Positions 21,937 to 35,566 are shown, numbered from the whole stretch's first letter. The stretch is DNA of 62,790 nt, filler included, from Asterionella formosa (GCA_002256025.1; 21 parts of 21 records of this genome joined end to end with filler, not necessarily neighbours in it); one strand, 5' to 3'. The notes: a model not told the origin generated them from the sequence alone. Program-made: numbers and translations.

Positions 21937-22185
21937 ATGTACCTACCGGTATGCTGGTACCTGGTACCTGGTACTCCCCAGGTACCGGTATTCTTACTCA
22001 TGGCATATCTGGTACCTGGTACTGGTACTGGCACCCGGTACCAGGTACCTGGTATACCGGTATTCCTTCTTACATATGTACTCCCGGTACCGGTACTCAC
22101 CTATGTTCCCGGTTTACATTTATACCACCACATGACCCTGGTCCCTGATCGAGTACCAGGTACCAGGTACCAGGTACCCTGGTAT
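21937..22185. repeat. Dense array of TA-CCGG/CCWGG/CTGG-TA units (putative footprint array)
   Basis: For example ggtacctggtacctggtac, ggtaccaggtacctggtataccggta and gtaccaggtaccaggtaccaggtaccctggta. Confidence 0.9.
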
Positions 22186-22998
22186 AACCGGGACGAAGAC
22201 CTGTCCCCCCCCTGTAAGGGTCGTTCTTATCATTTTTTTTCGTGTATCACGGAATTTGAATTTTTTTGAAAATGTATCAGCAACGGTAACTCGATTTGAA
22301 CTGAATTTCATTCATTCCAAAAGTGTCACTGTATCACTAATTTGTGATCACATTGTATCATGGAGTAACATGAATCTTCAACGGCAACTGGCTGGCGAAG
22401 ATCATGTGTATATCCCTCCGGAATATAATGATGGTCTTGATATCAAGCAACAACAAAATATAATTACCGGGAAACTAAATATAATATTAAAAACACACAT
22501 TTGCATGAATCATGTCGTTGCCATTTGATTTACTTGATGATAATGACGATGACAGTAGTGATCTTGATTTCTTCTTCCTCTGTCATTTAGCTAAGGAAGC
22601 AGAGGAAAAAGAACACTCATCCAAACGACAAAGGCGACGCTGTAAACGGCAGCTTCAGTCATCTGAACGACGACGACAACGAAGGCACAAGTGGCACCAC
22701 GAAAGAATCTCCTGGCAATCACATGTCGAGAAACTCAATCACGAGATTGCTTTCAAGAAGACATACAGAATGTCACACAGAGCATTCAAAAAACTCACCT
22801 CCATGCTGGAAATTCAGATTGCAGGGAATTATTCCAAATGTGGCACTTCTGAGCCCATAATTCCCGAAATTGTGGTAGCCATTGGTTTGCAATGGCTGGC
22901 TGGTGGCAGTTACATCGACATTCGTCATGCCTACGGTTGTAGCATTGCTTCACTTTATCGATGTCGTGATTTGTTCATTGATGCTGTACTAAACTGTG
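22186..22998 (+). mobile_element. PIF/Harbinger-type DNA transposon: 5' end and N-terminal transposase (ORF from 22512, cut by the contig end)
   Basis: FKKTYRMSHRAFKKL...PEIVVAIGLQWLAGGSYIDIRHAYGCS is typical of the DDE_Tnp_4 N-terminal HTH region. Confidence 0.8.
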
Positions 22999-23098
22999 NN
23001 NNNNNNNNNNNNNNNNNNNNNNNNNNNNNNNNNNNNNNNNNNTTAATTAATTAANNNNNNNNNNNNNNNNNNNNNNNNNNNNNNNNNNNNNNNNNNNN

Positions 23099-24284
23099 GC
23101 ATCGGGTAGTGCTTGTTTTTGGGGTGACCAACCATCACTTTCAATGGAATACTCTTCTTCGAATCTAGTCTTCTTCAAACGAGATTGAACAGATGCAGAA
23201 GTCACGACATTTCCTTCGTCGTCCAGAAAAGAATCGTCGTAAATGAGTCTCAATGCTTCCCCGTAGGCTCGATTGGCCATGACAGAGGCTAGAAGCAATC
23301 GTTCCGCTCGTGCGCATTCAAAAATGCCCGCTTGCAACATTTCCAATGAAGCTTTCCAGCGCATAGCATATTCATCTCGTTCCGAGGCATATTTGGCTCG
23401 TCGGCGAGTCTCAAATTTCAGCATGGTATTATATTGTGTTTTTCGAAGTTGGTCGACCTCGTCATTGTCAGGCCGGGACATGAAGTGTAAATTCGTATGT
23501 TGCTGTGCAGTGTCGGCTGATTCTACTGATTCGTACGAAGTCGCTGATGGGATAATAGGTATCGCTTCTTTCGTTTCTTGTTGAATCGTTTCTTTTTGAA
23601 TTTTCTGAGGACTTTTGGCCCGAGTTGCTTGAGACTTTGCCTCTTTGACCATCCTTGTAATGCGAATCGACCTCATCAAGTCATTCTTTGCTTTGGACAA
23701 GGGATAGCAAGGAACAAAGTAATAAGAATTCATGATCTTGCCATTATCATCAAGGACTCGATCTTCCTCTGTTATTTTTCCGTTAAGTTGCAAAAAGTTG
23801 AGATCTATGGGTTTGAGTGTTTTAGGAACTGGCCCATAGCTTTTCTTCTTGGTTGCATGAGCTTCCACAACAGTAGGATGAAAGTGGTGCAGGGCCACAT
23901 AGTGAGCGCTTGAGTGCGCTTCATCCTCCTCGTCCTGTATTAAATCAATGAGTGCGCTCCCTTTAGTAAGATGCCGGAGATAGGCCGTTCGAAGGCCGTT
24001 TTGCTCCCTGTCGGACTTCGTCGCAGGATTGACGACAAGATTTGGCAGCCGGACAAAGCCTCGTCGACGGTCATTGAGTAAGGCAAACGCAGAGGAAATA
24101 CCCTTGCACTCCTCGCTTTGGCCGCAAATGCAGACTTTGCCGTACGCGACGGCACCCGCATCGTGGTTGGGATCTGGACCTCGAGATCCCGTCGTTCTGC
24201 TTCCGTTTGATCCAGTCCCCTGAGCGAGAAACAGGCTCTCACAGCCTTCCGAAGCCCCCGACGCAGATTCCTTCGAGTCGCATT
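23099..24284 (-). CDS. Second near-identical copy (allele/haplotig) of the 20527-21712 partial gene (copy B)
   Basis: Same start and end bases, same length, ~23 substitutions by manual count and no indels. Confidence 0.85.
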
Positions 24285-27200
24285 NNNNNNNNNNNNNNNN
24301 NNNNNNNNNNNNNNNNNNNNNNNNNNNNTTAATTAATTAANNNNNNNNNNNNNNNNNNNNNNNNNNNNNNNNNNNNNNNNNNNNCGTTTATTTCTCCGTT
24401 CTGAATGATTGGACCATTAATAGCAGCAGCATCATGATCTACTAAACTATCAAGGAATAAACCATTATCATAGTCATCGGCATCAAAACAAACTGTTTGA
24501 ACGAAATCAATGGCTGCTGGCGATTGTTTCAGGAATTTTGCAAGGGGGTCTTGAGAGTGGTGTCGTCCATCTCTTGGAGAAGTCGCTACCATTGATGATG
24601 GCGGTTTCTTACCTCGTAATTAGGTTGATTTTTATCGTTCGTCCTGTGGAAGTGTAGAAACTTTGAGTGGCGCACACAAACAGCGATACAATTTTATAAT
24701 TTGCTTCCGGTCTCACACAGTACCAATCATAAGCCCCTTGGTAGCCACAGTTGAGAAGCAAAACAATCATATAACTTAACTCTTCCCACCGGTTGGTTTG
24801 ATAATAGTAGAAGGCTCTAGGTCACCATTCCCTCATCAGTTTGTTAGTATGTGGAACAGAACGCACCATTACCGGTATGAATTTTTTAACAATATCTCAA
24901 CATTTCCTCTTCTTTAAAAAGTGTGTATAACACACATCTCTGTATGTCTAGTAACTTTTTTGAAGGAACATTTAATACCCTACCAGTATGTATGGTTGGA
25001 TAAACAAGACTTAACAGGAATTCGAATACGGTACCCGATATACTTCCAGTTATCATATCCTATATAGTGGACAGTGCACACCATGTATCATAGGTACATA
25101 TACATACCATCAAATTTTACTGGTACCTGGTACTTACATGATGGAGGAATACTGGAACTTACATGATGCTCAGTAGAGTACAGTAATAGGACCTTGTACG
25201 TCACCGTTATCCAAGCAGGAACTACCCTGGTACCGTACATTTCGTCTATATTCCTGTTGGTACTGTTCTAACGTTCAAATTTGGTTACAGTATTAATCAA
25301 TACTACCGGTAAGTATTTGAACATGATTGAAAACACTTGAAGTTCATTATTATGACATAATGCCGAAGTACTCAGATAGGTAGTGAATGATAAATTAACA
25401 TTTCTGTATGATCTAAGAGACCAACTCCCTTTTTAATCTTGGCGCGCCAAAAATAATATCAGACTTTTCTCTTTTATTATTGTTTCATTCTTTGATTTTA
25501 AAGCATCAGCGGCCCATTTACCTTGACTCCTGTACATTGTTATCGTCATGTCCGGTAAAGGAATAAAAAGAAGCGATAATTCTAGAGTTGATAACTTGTC
25601 TCAGAAGAAGTACCGCAACAGTAACCAGGATGAAAAGACTCGGAAAAAAGCCTTCATATTCATGTCAAACATAGCAGGGGTTTGGTTACTCCTGCAACGA
25701 AAATGTCTCATGAGTATGAAGAGTTTGTAACAAATAAAACTGCTTCAACAAAGCAGCGAGATCATCATCAAGATTCAGACTCTTACAGTGATGATATTTT
25801 GTCAGAACTGTCCTCTCCTGGTAACAAGAAGGTGCCGCCTTTTTATCCACCCATTCAAAGAAGGAGTGACGATTCACCAGTCACTGACAATCCAAAGACA
25901 AATATTATGGAGTTACATCTCGATAATGGCAATGATCTCAAAATATATATATATATATATCACAGTTCCGCATTAGTCGTGAGACAGTGATTGATCAGAA
26001 GCATCATTATCCGTTGTTGATTCATGTTCAACAACTTCATAATAAGATTGCACTATTGGAACGAAAAATTTCCCTGAATAACTCTTCTATCAGGGGATAC
26101 AAAGATTCCAGCCTTGCCACTACTTTTTATACAAGACGAAGGGATAATACTTGGCACACATGTTTCAGCAGGATGTTTGTAAGACTGTAAGGACAATGAA
26201 AGTAAAAATGGTTGGTAACGATATCAAAAACAAGGTGATTTGAGGAGATTTAATTGTGTACATGAACTTACCTGGTGGGTGTGACAAGATTTTCCAGTAT
26301 GAAATATTTCACCAACTACTTCGGTTGCATGAGAGGAAGTTATCGATGCAACTATAGCGGTCACTTTGTGGAAAGTATATGTGTGGCAATGGGGTTAGGC
26401 TGTCCTATATAATGCCTCTGATGTTGCTGATAACAAAATTTCTTAAAACAATGGGATAGTATAATGTTATTAAGCAAAGTTAAAATTGTTATTTCGAACC
26501 CCCTGCTATTCAAGGTTAATGTGATGCTACTATTTACTGAATGAAATGAAGCTACTTCCTGATTAGTGATGTTGCAGCTCTAATTCTGCAGCATACAAAC
26601 ATGCTCGCCAATAGCTAGTCAATGAGAATGGAAGACCCATGGCTAATTAAGGCCATCAGCAACAAACTGCGCTGCCATCTGGTCCATCTTCACTTTGATC
26701 CACATCTCATCTTGAAGAACAGATTCGAAATACGGATCGATGTTCTCAATGGGCGAATTATGATCAAAAGGTACTATCTTCTTGATTTCGGCTGGAATTG
26801 GAAAATCGGGTATGCCCTTCAATGCATCATTCTCCAATTCTGTTGTATAAACTGACCAAAGCTTTTGATTTCGAGTAACAAACAAACAATCAAACTTCGC
26901 CAGCATAATTCCCCATCAATATCGAGACCATATCATTCGTTATAGGACTGAGATCATCGTCATCCTTTCAAGAAGGTAGCTCGTAAGGGATTCAACGAAC
27001 GCACATGGCTTGTGAGAAATTCGATTACTGATATGTGAATGGAGAGATAATGACGAATACTACCGGTACAAGAATTGGATCAAAGCATGTACCCGCATAA
27101 CATTCAAATCGGAATGGCAACAAGGAACGCACCATTGTTGCACAGAATTCATTCTGATAGCATCATTGGGTGCAAGGTTTACATACACGTAAGGTGATCT

Positions 27201-27289
27201 GTGTAAATTCATAAACTTCGTTAAAACAATAATTGATCAAAGAGGAACAGCTATTGATCAATCAACAACGTATCAATAGTATATCAAAA

Positions 27290-27605
27290 CATTTGGTTAG
27301 CACATTAGTTTTGATAACTAAAATATATGACTTCTATCTATGCGTAACCTAACGTGTGTAAGCAAATAATCTAACAAACAAAATTTGATTGACCACACCA
27401 ACAGGATCCTTGATATATCAAAATTATCATCAACATAACACAACATTTGATCAATATATCAACAATTTGGATTAGATTTGGTAACTAATATATACGATTT
27501 CTTATATACGCATAACCTAACGTGTGTATGCTATTAACCTGATGTACAAATTTGATTGATCATACAGACACTCCCAAGGATATATCAAAATTATCATCAG
27601 CATGT
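27290..27605. repeat. Diverged tandem duplication, period ~168 bp
   Basis: taacctaacgtgtgta at 27345 and 27513; gatatatcaaaattatcatca at 27412 and 27579. Confidence 0.75.
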
Positions 27606-29153
27606 CAAATATTAGAATAGTCAATCAGTTTTTTAACGTATGCTGAGTAAAACGTTGGATCTAATGGAAAATCTATTCACATACGTGGATGCTCAACGGT
27701 TCTTTATATCAAATCTGGCTATTGTGAACTCTACAATCAACAATGAAAAAAGTGCGACTACTACTTTCTACTCAATTCTACTGTGTGAAGCGTCCTTACA
27801 GCCTTGTTGCTCTTTGGCAGTTACTTGCAATCAAATAAATATTTGAGCACGGAAAAAATAATGATTCAAACAAAATTGCGGACTTTTTATGTAAATTTGT
27901 GGTAAAACCAGGATAATCTGACCACAAAGCAGCATAATTAAGTCATTAAACTTTCGCGATTGCTGGTTGGTCGATAAATATTGTCGCAAACCCAGATAAT
28001 TTCTGATGTGATTACATAATTATTCGATAAGTGAAATACAATTTATTTATAAACACATAAATCTTGGTTTGACCCAAATAAATTACGGAAAAAGTAACTA
28101 TTATTTCAGAAAAGCAACATAATATTGTAAGCAAGAAGTGACATACTTACATACATCGCATTAGACATAAATTCAAAAAAGTGCTGTAAACAGTGTCTTT
28201 GATGGATCAGGATATTGGTTGTAAAGAGTGGCTTTACCAAATGTAAACGAGATAATTAAGTAAAGTGAGCATTCGATGCTGTGATCGAATAATTACTGCT
28301 TTTCTGTAGTGATGTTGCACTCTACATTGCCTATGTGGCGTTTGTTCTTTTCATTTCTACAGTTATTGACCATAGTCCATCTATGATCACATGCAGGTGC
28401 TACCACAGTATGAGTATGTACATTGCCTAACAGGTGTCAAAGTTGTCGCAATCCTCATAGTCACTGCTGGGATCTCCTCTAATGATCCATCATCTTTCAT
28501 AAACTCCTGAAGTAGGCGCAGTTCCATGGGGGGAAATGCAATGTGAAGTCATCATATACACATTCATTAGCAAGGAAAACCATGATCCCTATCAGTTTGT
28601 TGCAACAAACTGGATTGTAAGTCATTGTGATGGTACCACCAACATTGGAGGTTCAGCCATCAAAAGGAGGGGGGTCATGAAAAGCTAAAATATTTGACTA
28701 TGGACAAAAGTGAAGAAATGGAATTAAAATATTCCTTAACCATTGGCCTACATGAAGTTCCCATTGAGGACATAGCAGGGCAAAATTTCCATCCATCCAT
28801 CATAAGGACTGCTCCTTGTGATAGAACTAAGGAATTTGTGAAACAAATTCCCAGCCTGTACCATGGTTTGTTGCTGAATCAAAGTGTAATGCACTGCATA
28901 TGTGCCAAGATCCTATGCAGTCAACATGTATAATTATTCATCTAGGGAATTGAAATCTGCTTTCAAACCGAACCAAACAAGAAACTGCAAGACATTCTCT
29001 CGGATGTCCACATTGCATTGCAAAATCAGCGCAAAAATAAAATTGACAAATCCCTATCGACTGCACAGTTGGCTTTCTTAGAGTTTTACGCTTTGAGGAT
29101 TCCAAAACACATACCAATACAATTAAAAAATTCACCACATCGTTTGTAAACAA

Positions 29154-30466
29154 TCATTTCGCCTCTCCGCCTTGAATAGTTGAATCGTCACTAAAGTAGA
29201 GTGATGATCCTACAGTCGGCACACCAGGAAGCTGTCCATCTTTTGGTTTGTCATCCTGAACATCGCTTGATGCCACCGCAACATCAGCAACCTGCGTCGA
29301 GGGAAGGTTCATTTTTGCTTCCTCATTTTGCAAGGCCACTTCAAAATCTTTCGCACTAACTCCTGGCTTGGGAGTTGCTTGACGTGAAGGCGAGGACCCA
29401 ATATTTTCAAGTTGCTTGTTTACGCTTCGTTGCACCGACGTTGCCACTGACTTGGCCGCCGATATGCCCAGATTAGCCACATGGCCAATCGATTGATTGA
29501 CCATGGCCGCAGTATGAGAATTGGACATGATGGAAAGACGGCTCATGATCTTGGCCGAGGACTTTCGCATGGCTTCATTGGTGGCAGATGTCTTGTGGAC
29601 CCTTCGGTTATCAAATGTAGGGCAGTAGGACAGGAGTTTGCCATTATTGTCTGTTTCAAATACGTCGACGATAGTCATAGTTACCAAATCTCCAACCTGC
29701 AGTCTATCCTCAGGGTTTATTTCCTCATGAGACAAGGATGCAAATTCATTCATCCAACTGTTGTTCGTTGGATGAATAGAAACAAGTCAGCAATGACGTA
29801 TCAATCAAACAGAGTTCGCAAGATCAAGTATACTCACGTCCACACTACTCGATGCGCCGCCGTCACTCTATATCGACCACCTGCTATTCGCATAACAGTC
29901 AATCCAGGTGGGTCAATAATATTCAAATGATCCCCACTGGGCATGATTGCCAGCCATCTAAGAAAGAGCTGCGATAGAGCAGGCACCCCGGCAGCCGCTT
30001 CCAATTCAATCCCCTCCACGCGTTCAATCCCGAATAATTGCGAAGCTGTATGAGCCTGTGGTAAAACAACCTCCGCGTCATCAGCAAAGACGACAAAGGG
30101 AAGCGGCGTTGTTGCTTCTCCTTGTACGTCGGTTATAGTGTCGCTTTCATACTCTGCATTCCATTCTTGCAGCGTCGTTGCACCTCGGGGTGGATGCGAT
30201 TGTAGAGCCCGCTGAAATTCTTCTGGATTGCTCAACAAGTACAAAAGTGCGAGATGCATTTCGTGGACCGTGGCGGTTGCATCGTGGTAATAAGGGAATC
30301 CGCCTGTCACTATAGAAGATGCAGCGACATAGGAAGAACCTTCGTCAATTTGTTCTGAATAGTCCATGGAGCCTGCGATACTCGACTCGGGCTTCCCAGG
30401 TGGCGGACCACTGCTCCTCTCTAGGGCATACGGGTTGAGCTTATCGCTACTTGACAAACCATTCAT
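29154..30466 (-). CDS. Hypothetical protein, two exons (30466-29838, 29757-29154)
   Basis: An 80-nt GTGAGT...AACAG intron (29837-29758) joins two ORFs in frame as YRVTAAHRVVWT-WMNEF; probable start MNGLSSS at 30466. Confidence 0.75.
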
Positions 30467-30910
30467 CGTCAATATTGCTTTTACTCTGCAGTCGACTGCA
30501 AGGAGAATCGCCTTGCTCGCAACAGGGATCAATGTAGCCGTCCACTAGGAATTCAATCGCGGAACTTAACTTATCTGCCTCCTCCTTACAGTCTGTTGAA
30601 GCCTATTCCCAGGGCTGCTGGACAACGGATTAAGTCAACGAATCACAACCCAAAAGGTACCAAACGAAGGACAAAGCGCAAAACAATTGGGCGTTTTACT
30701 CCTTGTTGCGATTGCCTTGCTCCCAAACAAAGCAAGAATGTGGAAGTTTGTGTCGTAGGAACTGCAATGTTGGGAGAACTCGCCGGCGAGTTGACGTTAT
30801 ATGGACCGTTGGCGGTTATCTGGTTTTCTGGCTGACAGTCGTCGGGAAGGCTAAAGTTAACACCTGGATCTTCGTCAAAACTACACCACCCATCGCTCAA
30901 CACAACAATA

Positions 30911-32167
30911 CCAGCAAGTTGCGGTAATTTTGCTGAAACTAAGGATTTAGCTATCTTTATCCCAGATTAAAATGTTAGTTTAAGGTTGCGGCCACGCAGT
31001 TACACAATTCGAGGTCCTTTTTTGCCAAAATAATTTTATGATGTAAATTAATCCACACATTACATACAAGTACATTAAATAGTTAAAGGTAAAATTAGCT
31101 TTCACCAATACAACCACTTTGCACAAGATACAGTCATGGATCGACTTAGGGGTATGTTCTATCTTCGGATATGGTAGGGACCTCATTTCTGGAAAGAAAC
31201 TGCAGTTATGTATCATAGAATCGTAACTATGGCAAAAATAGTCAAAAAAGGGGCTACGAAGCTTTTCTAAAAATCGACGAGGGATAACTGCAATTTCTCT
31301 CCCCTCCTGACGTTATAGGGTACACAGCGCGCTATCTACTTTAATCTTGATGAAACCCTGCAGATGTAGAGCAATCCTCCTCCAAAAAGTGGACCCGATC
31401 AGCTTTTTCAACAGTCGCCAAAATATTTGAATCGGAATTTGTATGTGCAAAACGTTCTCGTATACTCAGAGTCTTGCATAGGTATGTTTTGCTGCATAAT
31501 TCTCAGTCTTAAAAGAATCCAGGGTAAGTTGCCGCTTCACTACATGTATTCTGATTGGTTGAATTGAATTTACTCACCTGCTCCAGATTGGCTGAAGTAT
31601 TCCGGTCTTGTAAAATCATGCCAGCCACACTTGAACCACACGTATTAGATGTACCATACCAGCAGGTAAAATCAGCACTGGTACACCAGTACTAGTTTCA
31701 TCCTGTCTTCCATCATCATACATGAACCGCAAATGTGTACTACCAGGTACCGGTACATCGGTACCAGGTACTCTGGTACTTTGGTACCTGGTACTGTGCT
31801 GATCTTTATTAAACCAACATACTGCAGTGTAGATTTAATATAACGTGTAAACACGAACCATGAGCATACATGTTGGCATACTCCTGATTTATACATGTGT
31901 TTTGGCATTGAGCAAAATCATGTCTACAAACAGCAATGTTGATCTAGTATTAACATTCAAATATCATTTTTGTTTGCTTAAAACGGAACTCTATCAATCT
32001 GGTGCCGATTCCTATTAAATTTAAATATTCAAATGGACACTCGAATCATTGGAATTATAGTAGGAAACTCCCTGTTCCACGCCGTTTTTACAACCCTAGC
32101 GATATTTTCTCCAAACTAGGGTTAAGCCGGGACCGCAACCTTCAGCCAAATGACCGCAACTTGCAGG
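30911..32167. mobile_element. MITE copy split by a nested ~1.16-kb element
   Basis: ta|ccagcaagttgcggtaatt... at 30911 and ...gccaaatgaccgcaacttgcagg|ta ending at 32167. The two halves rejoin to the MITE consensus. Confidence 0.8.
30984..32140. mobile_element. Non-autonomous TIR element (GGTTGCGG...CCGCAACC), possibly Kolobok-like with a TTAA target
   Basis: Inverted termini ggttgcggcc / ggaccgcaacc, flanked by TTAA and TTCA. The internal part recurs at 48759-49540, and a similar right end occurs at 9931-9946. Confidence 0.65.
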
Positions 32168-32653
32168 TACCAGGTAGCTAGCAACATGGTGAATATGATA
32201 CGCATGGCACTACCTGGTAGGAGTAACTATTAACCAGGGTACCAGTTCCAGGTACCTGGTACCAAGGGGGATGCCAGCAAAGTTTGAGTTTCAGCAGAAT
32301 TACCGGAACTTGCTGTACCGGTACCAGGGGGTACCAGGTGCCAGGTGCTTTCAAATCATGAGTGTGGTATACAAGGCACTGGTACCAGGTACCCTACCCT
32401 GGTGGTACCTGGTACCCTGGTACCAGGAGGAGAACGGAGAACGACCGCCCCTGGTACAACTTATACTTTCTGTGTGTACCACCCCTACTGTAAGAGCAAA
32501 GCACATACCGGTAGTCTACTCCTACATACACAAAATCCAGTTATGGCGGAAATACATGCACTCAGAGCACCGGTACATTTGAAATGTCGTCTGTGTTGTC
32601 ACAATGCACATATAATATCGCAGGATCTCGTTGATGGCCCAACAACCGCAACA

Positions 32654-33424
32654 ATGGAGTCCAAAATAAAGATGAAATTAATGTCGATCTTTTGTCTTCT
32701 CATCCTATCAGTAGAAGCGCACTTTTCTCAAAATGCATGGAGGCCGGCAGGTCCTCCGGGATCACGGCGAAGCTTCTCTGTGGCCCGCCGAGGGTCGTTG
32801 TATGCGCCTCTTCAGAATCAAGTCTTGTTGGCATCTTCGCTCATAGCAGAAGGGCCAGAAGATGAAATCGACTACTTTGAACCCGACGAGGGGGATGTTG
32901 CAAAAGAAATAGAAAAGCGTGTGGAATTCAAGGACTTGTCTCTTGGGGGCAAAATTGTCGCTGGGGGTTGGTCGATTGGACGTACTCTTGTTCAACAATA
33001 CATTGGTGGGTTTGTATTCGGTTACTTTCTTGGTAGTCTTCGTGGCATCCCACATTTACTCTTCAAAAAAGAGGGACTCATGGGAACTCCATTCCTGGAA
33101 GAAATCCCTATGCGCTTTAGTCGCTGGACTGGCAAGGCCTTCCGATGGGGGTGCACTTGGGGTCCGATAACTGCTGCCTTTGGTACCATGGACGCGACAA
33201 TTGTGGTCTTGCGAAATGGAGTCCAAGATAATATCAATCTATACTTGAGCTCGGCTGCGGCTGGAGCCTTTTATGCTAGGGCAGGTGGGCCAGTCAAGAT
33301 GGTGATGAACGCTTTGCTTTATGGAGGGATGACTTATGGATTGACATGGGTGAGTGCCAATATTTTGACAGGTCCAGCTCCGATCACAGAAGCAGAGTGG
33401 TTAGGATTAGAGGAACAAGAATGA
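32654..33424 (+). CDS. Tim17/Tim22/Tim23 (PRAT) family membrane protein with an N-terminal signal-like peptide
   Basis: GGFVFGYFLG...WGPITAAFGTMD...LRNGVQDNIN...SSAAAGAFYARAGG. Start MESKIKMKLMSIFCLLILSVEA; the upstream part of the listed ORF runs through TACCWGG repeats. Confidence 0.7.
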   Translation: MESKIKMKLMSIFCLLILSVEAHFSQNAWRPAGPPGSRRSFSVARRGSLYAPLQNQVLLASSLIAEGPEDEIDYFEPDEGDVAKEIEKRVEFKDLSLGGKIVAGGWSIGRTLVQQYIGGFVFGYFLGSLRGIPHLLFKKEGLMGTPFLEEIPMRFSRWTGKAFRWGCTWGPITAAFGTMDATIVVLRNGVQDNINLYLSSAAAGAFYARAGGPVKMVMNALLYGGMTYGLTWVSANILTGPAPITEAEWLGLEEQE

Positions 33425-35566
33425 GTCATGTACTAGGTAGATAGCAAAGATAATTGAGTATCGACTGAGTCCAAAAATTACAATTTATTTGGTGAATTAT
33501 CTACCTGGGGGATGTCAGCTTTCGTGTCCGTTCTTTGGTGCTCTAACAGCTGCCTGATAGATACCCTTCAGCTGACACGAACTTGTGCACGGTTGACTGT
33601 ATCGGACAATAAACTAGGCTACCGGTATTGTGATTAGGTGGTGAGCGAGCAACCAGTGGCTTTCCCAATAAATATCTCGACACGCAGCAACAGGTTATGA
33701 AAGACTGGAGGCGAAGATAGCGGTGAATTAGCCTACCGGTACCTGGTACCAGTACCGGTTTTGCTGATGCATGTTTCCCCAGATGCATGGGTTCATACAT
33801 CATATTTAGTAATGACGCAACGTCATGCACATAATAAAATCGTACTCTGCCTTTTGTTCCTTTTTCTCGTGAAGGGCGGAGACTTGAACTTCGAAAGATA
33901 CCCCGCAACATGTTACCAGCGGTACCGTACTCAATCTGGTTCTCATTCAAGTACACCCAGAAACAGTCGCACTTACATATCAGTAACATGTCTGTACTGG
34001 TACCAGCAAGGTCCGATAGTGCACGTTTAATACCCACTTTTTCAGTTTTGACTCACAGCCAATGATTCATCCCATGCCTACCAAAAGGGTCAGGCTATCT
34101 TTCCATTCCAATCACTCTCAAGTAACTTTGTTTGCCATTTAATATCATTTAGTAAATCCAAGTCATCTTTTATCGTGTTCAACTACTTCTACAGGTGATA
34201 GTATTCAGGAACTGGAAGATGGTTTCATTATAGAGTTCACAAATTGCTCAGTAACTTCTGGTCGTAGTAAGCAAATTCTATTTGTCGTCAGCAAGTTCTA
34301 GTTGTTTTTAGAAAATTTCTAGTCATAAGTAGTCATCAACTGGATCAGTACTAATAACAAAAGAGTCATTTTTAAAATATCAATGGACTATTAATTTATA
34401 TATTGTTCAAGAAAGAATCAAACAAATTTGGTTTGACCTACAGATTACTGTAGTTTAGCGTGTTGCATGCTGTGAAAGTGTTAAATCTTGGCTATTGTAA
34501 CTTGCTTTGTTGTTTTGAATTGTGCATCATTGCTCTAAACTATGTGAAGCAATATACCATTGGCGACATCAATTTTCGTTGCCAATATTAGTGTTATTAC
34601 AATTATTTTTTAAGATTTTCAAAGTTGTGTTAGATATATTTATCAAATAGCATAGCGTAGTTTTCTTTTTCCATGGAGAAATTCATTATTTTCGTCATGA
34701 TCAAGGTGGAGACAGCATAATACAGGATTCTCCAGCTGCTCACCACAACAACGACTACACTTCAACATTTTATAAATAGAAACAAATCACAACATGCATC
34801 TAAGCTTAACAATTATTTATTATTGTCTACAAGGGGGCAGGGCTACCTCAGTTACCCTGAGCATATATCCTATACAACCATACTATGTATATGTGATATG
34901 TATGATTTTTTGCAAATATTCCGGTATCTAGTATGCTATTGCATCATGCGTGATAATGACTGTGACCACCGAAATATGTAGGGTGTATAGACATAACGTC
35001 ACATATGTTCATAGAAGTAAAAACCATGGCTATTAGGGAGAATATAGCACTACTGGTACATAGTTGTGTTTAGTATTCATGTAGATACTGGTAGTAGTTT
35101 GGAAGGTAAAACATGAATAGGGCTGTAAAGTTGGCACAGGGCAGGGAATTTATTTCTGTGTATTTTCATGATGCAAATATGTGCCTTAATACTTAAACAA
35201 GTAGAAATTGGCGCTACATTGATAGTCTTCCATTTCAAACAAAATGACAACATTTATGTTATATCTTACTCCCCCCGAGCACATTTATAGACTAGCTATA
35301 TATACCACGAGCATATAATCATCCTGCTTCTACAAAATCTTGGTTCTCCTTTGAGCAACAAAATAATGTCGAAACGAATGAATCAACCATGCGTTCTGTT
35401 GCCATCTTCCCTAGTGAATGAATCTCCTCTTCCATAAAATCATGTTCCGTGCCCTACTTGTATTGATTGTGCCATTGTTGATTCAGAAAGTGAAGGCTGT
35501 GGGAATCTCATCTTCTGTGAATGTTGTGACTTCGCATGACCAGAGTGTCAATGTCAATGGGACGAG

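Noticed and set aside
21765..22311. Overlapping ORFs rich in VPGT/WYQ/YRY (also 32271-32582 and 35892-36317)
   Set aside because: They are translations of the TA-CCWGG arrays, which happen to be stop-free in several frames.
25548..28933. Short ORFs in an AT-rich 4-kb interval
   Set aside because: They are probably decayed repeats or gene relics, but I could not recognise any motif confidently.
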